Shown here in pieces: positions 7,234 through 13,202 of a DNA stretch of 13,202 bases (position 1 is its first letter; each line of letters starts with the position of its first letter). A model generated the notes under the pieces. The model did no database searches. It saw nothing but the letters and a program-made list of their open reading frames with translations, and was not told the origin of the DNA. Location: IMG/VR virus record IMGVR_UViG_3300045988_115487, positions 1 to 13,202 of that record. One strand, written 5' to 3'. The stretch comes from a virus. The translations under genes and the position numbers were made by a program.

Positions 7234-8266
7234 GTAAATATTTTGATTCAATATCAGAAAAACTTACTAACCCGTCAAGGTACATCCCCCAGACCCATAT
7301 GAACTTGTGTCGGAAAGCGATTAAATCTCTTGTTGATGTGGAATAAGTAATTTGTGGCGAACCCTGTAAGTGTTGTGTGATATACAATTTTTCCTTGCTT
7401 TTATGGGTGTATACGGTTATTTCACCGACTGTCACAATGGGGACGTACTCGTTTATTGGCTCTGATTTGATATCCGAATAATCCTCTGCATAAAAATCAT
7501 TCTGGATTGACATCTTGTAAAAATCGCTGTCTTTGCCAACCATTTTGTATACCGCTGTCTCAGATTTTGCCTGTGAAATCGGGGAGTTGGCAAGATTGAT
7601 AAGGATAATACCTCTATCAGGCAGATAGCTGAATTCCTGCCCTGTTTTATGCATATCAGTGACTTTACGGATTAATCCTAGTTTTGCAAATATATCACAG
7701 TTTGCGTTTTCGCTATTTGACGCACATATGAGCTGTAAAGGTTTTTCCCCCACAAGCTCTCGATTTCGGTTTATGGTTTCATATCCATTTAATAGCGCAA
7801 TCGTGGCGTTTTTCAACTGAGGCTCCGTCTTTTCTGGAATAAATTCATCGTAAAACATCAACTCAACGTCTGCCGCTCCGAAACCTCTTAAATTGGATAT
7901 CGTGCCAAGTGCCGCGGAATAGCCAAGTGGTTCCCCTGAGTTTGTATATTTTTTTGTTTTCTCATCAAATTTTGTATCATAAAAACCTGAGTACATTTTG
8001 TTAATTGGTGACGGTGTAATGCGTCTACCGCAGTCCGCGTTATATTGCTTAAATGGGTTGAATTGTGGTGTGCGAATCATATCTATTTGAGTTTGGCGAG
8101 TTCGTAGGTAAATAAATTTTTTATTATTTTCCACGGCGTGTTTCAAAATACCGTATGTTTTTCCTGTTCCTCTGCCACCCCATATAAAGATGAAAGGACA
8201 CCCTGTTTCCAAGATGCCCTTTATATTCACATAACCGTTACTGTCGTACATTTCAGGTTTTTTCAT
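7211..8266 (-). CDS. DNA packaging (encapsidation) ATPase, phi29 gp16-like
   Basis: Walker A FIFIWGGRGTGKTYG, Walker B-like VELMFYDEFIPEK; 351 aa; ATGA overlap with upstream ORF. Confidence 0.92.
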   Translation of the reverse strand: MKKPEMYDSNGYVNIKGILETGCPFIFIWGGRGTGKTYGILKHAVENNKKFIYLRTRQTQIDMIRTPQFNPFKQYNADCGRRITPSPINKMYSGFYDTKFDEKTKKYTNSGEPLGYSAALGTISNLRGFGAADVELMFYDEFIPEKTEPQLKNATIALLNGYETINRNRELVGEKPLQLICASNSENANCDIFAKLGLIRKVTDMHKTGQEFSYLPDRGIILINLANSPISQAKSETAVYKMVGKDSDFYKMSIQNDFYAEDYSDIKSEPINEYVPIVTVGEITVYTHKSKEKLYITQHLQGSPQITYSTSTRDLIAFRHKFIWVWGMYLDGLVSFSDIESKYLLDNYFKM

Positions 8267-8619
8267 TTCACGTATCCTGCAACAAGGAAGTCCCTGCCAC
8301 GCTGTGATTTTTTGAAAAATACAGATACTTTTCTGAAGTCCTCACCGCATTTTTCTGCCATTGTGATGATACGCTCGAAAGACTGAATGAATGAGGCTGA
8401 GGTTGTCACGAAAACTGTATCCGTTTTCACTTCTTCGATTGACAGAGTTTTTACCACTTCACCCTTTGCGTTCACATCTTCCACAATAGCGTAGTAGCCA
8501 AACTCAACAGTTGTTCCGGCGGCGTTGGAAAGACGGATTCTGCCCTCATCTTCGAACATTTTGAACATTAATTCCATTGTGTACTCATTTTCCTTGATGT
8601 TTGTTTTGATAATTTTCAT
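8263..8619 (-). CDS. Small replication-region protein of unknown function (possible ssDNA-binding role)
   Basis: 118 aa with SD AAAAGGAG; position between polymerase and packaging ATPase; no decisive motif seen. Confidence 0.7.
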   Translation of the reverse strand: MKIIKTNIKENEYTMELMFKMFEDEGRIRLSNAAGTTVEFGYYAIVEDVNAKGEVVKTLSIEEVKTDTVFVTTSASFIQSFERIITMAEKCGEDFRKVSVFFKKSQRGRDFLVAGYVK

Positions 8620-8655
8620 GCTGTTTTCTCCTTTTTTCTTTTATGCTGTTTTTCT

Positions 8656-8871
8656 CTACTTTCCATAGTGTACAAATTCAGCCTCTGTCATGGATGCTTT
8701 CACAACCTCTGTATCCATAGACACTTTTACAGCTTTTACTCCTGTCTCAGCTTCATAAGATTTTTTAATCTTTGTAGCTGTTACATTTGCACCGTAGTAG
8801 GTTTTTTCAACAGTCTGTCCGTTTTCGTCTGTAATCTTTGCTGTTACTTTCTCAATGCTTCTTGTAATCAT
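8656..8871 (-). CDS. Small early phage protein of unknown function
   Basis: 71 aa MITRSIEKVTAKITDENGQTVEKTYYG...VKVSMDTEVVKASMTEAEFVHYGK; first ORF after promoter P2 with SD AAAGGAG. Confidence 0.75.
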   Translation of the reverse strand: MITRSIEKVTAKITDENGQTVEKTYYGANVTATKIKKSYEAETGVKAVKVSMDTEVVKASMTEAEFVHYGK

Positions 8872-8916
8872 GTTTTCAACTCCTTTTTATTTTGTTTTGT
8901 TTTTTGTTACAAGTAT

Positions 8917-8945
8917 ATAATAGCATATGTGAACGTGTATGTCAA
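8917..8945 (-). promoter_or_regulatory. sigmaA-type promoter P2
   Basis: TTGACA (8945-8940), 17-nt spacer, TATTAT (8922-8917), predicted +1 G at 8910 (TT|GTAACA); -35 overlaps the DNA polymerase stop codon. Confidence 0.85.
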
Positions 8946-11029
8946 GCCTTTTCTTTAGTATTTTTTAAAAAATCGTGCCATAAGTCAACACTATTAAGAA
9001 CGTTTAAATATTCCAGTGTAAGCCCTACTGTATATTCAGAGGGTCGTATAACTACATTTCTGGTGATATACACGCTCTTGTCAGGGTTGGCAGGGTCTGG
9101 ACTATAATAGCCATAGTCTGTATCATTATAAACGGATTCCGTGCCACCTGCATCCCTGAATGTGGTTCCGATTTTCAGAGCTTCCAGACCACCCATTTTT
9201 TGCAGTTCCACCGCACCTTTTTCCTTTTCCACACCTGCTATTGTGATTTTGAGTCTACCGTTTTTTTCCTGCGCGTATTTTTTTGCACCTAGTGTAATAA
9301 ATCTATCCGACGTGCCCTCATATTCATACACGCCTAAATAATGTTCCACGCCTTTTGGGTCTGAAGCATGACCGCCATTATCTATGGAATCCTCCTTTAA
9401 TCGGATATTCAGTTCATCAAATTTATCCTTGATTTTGGGGTAACGCTCCGTCATCAATATTTTACATGAATCGGTATCACAATAAACAAAATCCTCGCCC
9501 GCGATGTTTACGGCAAGCTTGAGTCTCTGTCTGGCATGAGCAGTTACCCAACACCCCCACGCATACAGCATGAACGCTCTTTTGTTGTATTTCGCTAACT
9601 TTTCCGCTGTATCCCCATCCTCAACTGAAAACGGCTTGTCAGTGTTACTGTAAATAATATCAGGCTTGACCGGGTTTTGTGCCGCCATGCCATATAACGC
9701 ATTTATCAACTCTTTTGCTAGAGCGTATTCAAACTCCTTCCCTTTTACACCTTTTAAAGATGTTTTATCTGTAAACAAACTTTTCACTAGTTCCCTCAGA
9801 GATTCTGGTAGATAACCATATCCCGCTGTATAAAAATCTGTAAGTTCTGCCGTATCCCAGACGTATTCACCTTTTACAATCCCAAAATCGATATCATTTA
9901 GAGTGCATGAGTATTCACGTGCTGAGAGCAAGCGTCCGTTGTCCCAAACAGATTCGGTGCTTATGCAATACCCCTTATCTTTTGTCAGATAAGGCGCACC
10001 GTAATATACATCTTTTTGCCTGATATTTCGGAAATGGAACCGCCCCACGTATGCCTTGTGAAATTTTGTCCACCTTTCGAGGTCGTCCATACCGCAATTT
10101 CCCTGCCGCACAAATTTTGTCATTGGAAATTCGCAATTAAGCATAACGTCCGGATAAGAGCTTGCCCGGTCGAATGACGCAACGTTGTTGAGTATTTTTC
10201 CAACGTGATACCTGTTTGCATGCGTGTCACCACCCCTGAACTCTTCTCTGAGTAACGTGTATAAGCTCGTGTCACACATCATATTATGCAGTTTTTTATA
10301 ATTGTACTGTTTCATAGCTTGCCTTGCTTCTCTTCTGACATAGCCAGTAGAGGTTAATGGGAGAGTGTATAAGGTATCGTTATTATCCGTCAATCGTTTA
10401 TGCATTGCCTGTAATAATCCTATCACATCGTTACACCCGTATTCAATTTCCCTAGTTGATAATTCTGTCCACGGGTAACGTTGTTTATTATAATCAAAAT
10501 CTTTCAGCTTCTGATTCTCTACCCCACTATCACTCAAAAACTTGTCAAGACTTTTGTGCGTTTGCATATACGTACACCGGAACTCTAAATTCCCTTGCAT
10601 ATGATTTCCTGCTCTTATTCTGAGTATTTTACGAGGTTTGAGCGCAAACACCTCTTCTGGCTTTATTTCTATGTGTGAACGCAAAAACTGAAATTCGTAT
10701 GACAGGTTGTGCACAAAAGTCATTGTAATAAGGTGTTCATCTTCAATGCCTGTAAACAGTTCTTCGAGTTCGTCCCAATTTCTGCCGTACACGCATATTA
10801 TCTCATTATCGTCTAGTAATACGGCAAACTGCCATAAATACATAATGCTCTGTTCGATTCCAGAAAGTCGTGTAGTTTCAATGTCAAAAGCGCATATGCA
10901 ATTTCGGTACGACTGCTTTGCGAAGCGTTGTTTTCCTCTCATGTTAGGAGTTCTGTATATCTTCTGTATTCTATGTATCAATTCTTCTCTTTGCTTTTTG
11001 CCACTCCCTATACTGATTGAGTAATTCAT
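8942..11029 (-). CDS. Protein-primed family B DNA polymerase
   Basis: ExoI CAFDIETT, ExoIII-like YGCND, motif A SFDRASSYPDVML, motif B NALYGMAAQNP, motif C YCDTDSCKI, KKY; 695 aa from ATG 11029 with GAGGTG upstream; ORF-track start 11053 is a TTG. Confidence 0.96.
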   Translation of the reverse strand: MNYSISIGSGKKQREELIHRIQKIYRTPNMRGKQRFAKQSYRNCICAFDIETTRLSGIEQSIMYLWQFAVLLDDNEIICVYGRNWDELEELFTGIEDEHLITMTFVHNLSYEFQFLRSHIEIKPEEVFALKPRKILRIRAGNHMQGNLEFRCTYMQTHKSLDKFLSDSGVENQKLKDFDYNKQRYPWTELSTREIEYGCNDVIGLLQAMHKRLTDNNDTLYTLPLTSTGYVRREARQAMKQYNYKKLHNMMCDTSLYTLLREEFRGGDTHANRYHVGKILNNVASFDRASSYPDVMLNCEFPMTKFVRQGNCGMDDLERWTKFHKAYVGRFHFRNIRQKDVYYGAPYLTKDKGYCISTESVWDNGRLLSAREYSCTLNDIDFGIVKGEYVWDTAELTDFYTAGYGYLPESLRELVKSLFTDKTSLKGVKGKEFEYALAKELINALYGMAAQNPVKPDIIYSNTDKPFSVEDGDTAEKLAKYNKRAFMLYAWGCWVTAHARQRLKLAVNIAGEDFVYCDTDSCKILMTERYPKIKDKFDELNIRLKEDSIDNGGHASDPKGVEHYLGVYEYEGTSDRFITLGAKKYAQEKNGRLKITIAGVEKEKGAVELQKMGGLEALKIGTTFRDAGGTESVYNDTDYGYYSPDPANPDKSVYITRNVVIRPSEYTVGLTLEYLNVLNSVDLWHDFLKNTKEKA

Positions 11030-11429
11030 CACCAGATTTTTCACCTCTATCAATAAACAACTCTAGCGCTTTTGTGCTGTCATATACTCTCCCAAGCGAA
11101 TAATCACGAACGGACTCCATGAACTCACCAAACTCATTGAGTTCTTTATAGGTTTTAAATTTGACCCCCAACTCTTCAAGTTTTGCCATTTTCCGTCTGG
11201 CAATTCTCCTTTGTCCCGAGACGCTGTATAAATCAGATTTCTCAGCGTGTTCTAAGGCAGACAATGCGCCCCGTCTCTGGCGGGCGGTCACTATCTGACT
11301 TTCAGGTGGTAGTTGTTGTAGCATATACTGTATATCATTCTTTGCACCCATTCCAAAATTTCGGTTTTGGGCTAAGACTTTTAGTTTTCTTATCACCTTT
11401 GTGCGCCGTTTTGCGTAATCTGTCGTCAT
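10971..11429 (-). CDS. Putative terminal protein (primer for DNA replication)
   Basis: Basic 152-aa protein encoded immediately upstream of and overlapping the polymerase gene, matching phi29 gene 3-gene 2 order; ATGA overlap with preceding gene. Confidence 0.5.
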   Translation of the reverse strand: MTTDYAKRRTKVIRKLKVLAQNRNFGMGAKNDIQYMLQQLPPESQIVTARQRRGALSALEHAEKSDLYSVSGQRRIARRKMAKLEELGVKFKTYKELNEFGEFMESVRDYSLGRVYDSTKALELFIDRGEKSGDELLNQYREWQKAKRRIDT

Positions 11430-11737
11430 GACACTATGTCCTCCATTTCGTGAATATGCCCCAAGTGAAACATTATCGCAGAACGGCTCAGTACTCGCGC
11501 TTTGCTCATATTACACTGTCTTGCCAATTTCTCCACTTCCCTGTATGTTCTGTCTGTGAGATATACGCTTGTGTTATATTTCGGCATAACTCGAGGGGAT
11601 ACTATAACCCGAGAACCTATGTCGCCGAACTCTGAAACAAAGTACACGGCGTGCTCCAAGTATTCACTCACGGTTGTCCCATATTCTTCTGACCAATTGT
11701 ATATTCTGATATCTAGACGGAGTGATAATTTTCTCAT
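11426..11737 (-). CDS. Tandem ribbon-helix-helix DNA-binding protein (putative transcription/replication regulator)
   Basis: Two RHH-like units: RKLSLRLDIRIYNWSEEYGTTVSEYLEHAVYFV and YNTSVYLTDRTYREVEKLARQCNMSKARVLSRSAIMFHL. Confidence 0.6.
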   Translation of the reverse strand: MRKLSLRLDIRIYNWSEEYGTTVSEYLEHAVYFVSEFGDIGSRVIVSPRVMPKYNTSVYLTDRTYREVEKLARQCNMSKARVLSRSAIMFHLGHIHEMEDIVS

Positions 11738-11895
11738 TGTTTTCTATCCTTTCGATCCTGTTTTCTTCTACGTTTTTCTTTCCGTCTATTTTCTCTGCCC
11801 ATTTCGTCTGTTGTGCCTAAGATATAACCTGAAACAAACATTATCACAAAAGTTATTAACAGACACATTGTGTCACTCATAGTTGTTGCTATCAT
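11734..11895 (-). CDS. Small single-TM protein with strongly basic C-terminal tail
   Basis: 53 aa from ATG 11895 with SD TTGGAGG: MIATTMSDTMCLLITFVIMFVSGYILGTTDEMGRENRRKEKRRRKQDRKDRKQ; ATGA overlap with next gene. Confidence 0.75.
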   Translation of the reverse strand: MIATTMSDTMCLLITFVIMFVSGYILGTTDEMGRENRRKEKRRRKQDRKDRKQ

Positions 11896-11899
11896 TTTG

Positions 11900-12466
11900 C
11901 TACCTCCAATAAATATTTCTCTCATCACTATCACTAATCAAGAACACGTCGTCATATTCGGTATACTTATTCACATTCCCATCATGAAACAAAATACTAA
12001 TTCCGTTCTCTTCCACTTTCAAAAACCTCACATTTCTTTTAAATCCGTTTATATAAACAGTTTCCCCAAAATACCCTTTTTTAATCTTTCGGAATAGCTC
12101 TTTCAAATCATGATTAAAATCAATAATTAAACTGTGAATACCCGTATATTTGATTTCAGCGGTTAGACCGTAAAACTCAATTCCAGTTTCTCCTAGAATA
12201 GCGTCCTCACCTGCAAATTCGACAAAACCATTGATTGTAACTAGAGTGTCTTTAACCACGATAGCTTTTTTAAGCTCTTCTAACTCATCAACAGGCTCAA
12301 TAGGTACTAGACATGTATCTTCAATTCTTGATATGTCATTAAATAATGAAGCGTTGTAGCGTATGGAACCGTCTGAAAACCTATGGAAACTATACTTGCC
12401 ATTTTTGTTCATATATTCATCAAGCTCCTGAGTGTGTCTTATTATTAATTCGATTGTATCTGCCAT
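11900..12466 (-). CDS. Early protein of unknown function
   Basis: 188 aa ORF with ATG 12466 preceded by AAAAGGAG; no diagnostic motif. Confidence 0.75.
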   Translation of the reverse strand: MADTIELIIRHTQELDEYMNKNGKYSFHRFSDGSIRYNASLFNDISRIEDTCLVPIEPVDELEELKKAIVVKDTLVTINGFVEFAGEDAILGETGIEFYGLTAEIKYTGIHSLIIDFNHDLKELFRKIKKGYFGETVYINGFKRNVRFLKVEENGISILFHDGNVNKYTEYDDVFLISDSDERNIYWR

Positions 12467-12516
12467 TTATGCTCCTTTTCTCCCCGTTGTGCCGGTAGGA
12501 CAGCTTATTTCAATGT

Positions 12517-12753
12517 TTATCTGATACTACAACAAATTTTTACTTCTGCATAAGGAACACTAGCCACGATTCTTTTGCTACGGTCATATATAAACAATTC
12601 TTCCATATCGTCATCAAAATTTAATTTTACTCTATCAAAGAAGAAAAATAAGCCGTTTATAAAAACGCCACAAGAAGCACCATGATAACCTGTTCTAAAA
12701 ACTTTATTAAGCTCTCTAATTTTTTTGATGAAATATTTTTTATTTTTTTTCAT
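12517..12753 (-). CDS. Early protein of unknown function
   Basis: 78 aa from ATG 12753 with SD GAAAGGGG; ORF-track start 12774 is a TTG extension. Confidence 0.65.
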   Translation of the reverse strand: MKKNKKYFIKKIRELNKVFRTGYHGASCGVFINGLFFFFDRVKLNFDDDMEELFIYDRSKRIVASVPYAEVKICCSIR

Positions 12754-12777
12754 TTTCGTACCCCTTTCACTCAATTT

Positions 12778-13041
12778 CAGGGAATAGTACTGAGTCCTCT
12801 CGCTCGCTTAATTCATCCGCTTCACAGCTAAATCAAGGATTAACGTCTAACTTGGCATTAGCTGGTGATTTTCTACTAAGTATCACCACTGTGCGTCATT
12901 GTCCTACTGCTCTCACTTTCTTTAAGTCCTTTACCGGGTACTTATTCTTCACACGCTCATTCCGATTTGTATCGGCATAACTGCCATGTTACTAACGTGT
13001 AGCCCTATGGGTTCCCGATCTTTCCTGCTTTCTATTCCCTG
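12778..13041 (-). ncRNA. Large structured early leader RNA (~264 nt) closed by a perfect 10-bp 5'/3' stem
   Basis: CAGGGAATAG (minus 13041-13032) is the exact complement of CTATTCCCTG (minus 12787-12778). Internal helices: TGGTGAT/ATCACCA (12888-12863), CCGAT/ATCGG (12975-12962), ACACG/CGTGT (13000-12951). Starts 4 nt after predicted +1. Confidence 0.6.
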
Positions 13042-13051
13042 TTACAATTAT

Positions 13052-13080
13052 ATAATACCACACTTATACCACAATGTCAA
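13052..13080 (-). promoter_or_regulatory. sigmaA-type promoter P1 (early)
   Basis: TTGACA (13080-13075), 17-nt spacer, TATTAT (13057-13052), predicted +1 G at 13045 (TT|GTAACAGGG), AT-rich upstream tract. Confidence 0.88.
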
Positions 13081-13129
13081 TAGTTTTTTATAATTATACC
13101 GCATTTTATTGTCTGTGTATAGCGCACAG

Positions 13130-13202
13130 CGTGTCCGTCATAGACATACACATGTGTCCGTGTGGGGAAGAAATTTGTCCGTCCACCACGGACTTGAGTA
13201 TT
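13130..13202. repeat. Right inverted terminal repeat (73 bp, perfect)
   Basis: Exact reverse complement of 1-73; sits at the extreme end of the window. Confidence 0.97.

Noticed and set aside
11030-11053. N-terminal extension of the DNA polymerase from the ORF track
   Set aside because: Begins at TTG; ATG at 11029 with upstream GAGGTG is more plausible, though a GTG start cannot be excluded.
14-12097. Numerous plus-strand ORFs (e.g. 249-572, 2138-2422, 3845-4153, 5366-5740, 11502-11882)
   Set aside because: All lie antisense to well-supported minus-strand genes, often have low-complexity or Cys/Phe/Ser-rich translations, and lack convincing SD/promoter context.
12940-12988. Mini-ORF ATGGCAGTTATGCCGATACAAATCGGAATGAGCGTGTGA in the early leader
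   Set aside because: Only 12 codons, no clear SD, and it overlaps likely hairpins; not supportable as a gene without comparative data.
12778-13041. Early leader as the pRNA, a group I intron or RNase P-like RNA
   Set aside because: No recognisable P7/P3 core, no RNase P conserved segments and no AACC/UUGG loop arrangement; the 7198-7126 RNA fits pRNA much better. Class remains unknown.
1-13202. CRISPR arrays, tRNAs, rRNAs, IS elements or integration genes
   Set aside because: No repeat-spacer array, cloverleaf with CCA end, transposase or integrase was seen on either strand.

Overview
The window appears to be a complete linear genome of a very small (13,202 bp) phi29/44AHJD/Cp-1-like podovirus with protein-primed DNA replication. 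Perfect 73-bp inverted terminal repeats form both ends (1-73 and 13130-13202). All 18 supportable genes lie on the minus strand. From right to left they are: two small early ORFs, a membrane miniprotein, a tandem ribbon-helix-helix protein, a putative terminal protein, protein-primed family B DNA polymerase, two small replication-region ORFs, packaging ATPase (gp16-like), holin-like protein, SH3-like protein, scaffold-like Pro/Ala-rich protein, major capsid protein, tail knob (gp9-like), tail lysozyme, portal/upper collar (gp10-like), lower collar (gp11-like) and an SGNH-hydrolase appendage protein. Three near-identical sigmaA-type promoters (TTGACA-N17-TATTAT with a shared ..TTGTA start region) are visible, plus an intrinsic terminator touching the left ITR. 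The main find is a compact RNA (~73 nt, minus strand, about 7198-7126). It starts at the predicted +1 of the promoter just after the packaging-ATPase gene and folds by eye into the phi29 packaging RNA (pRNA) architecture: a closing helix, a three-way junction, a 5'-side AACC bulge arm and a UUGG loop arm complementary to the bulge. The 3' strand of its closing helix can pair equally well with the Shine-Dalgarno region of the downstream holin-like gene, suggesting a packaging-RNA/lysis switch. A second large (~264 nt) leader RNA, closed by a perfect 10-bp 5'/3' stem, precedes the first early gene. All folds were done by eye; no searches were run.
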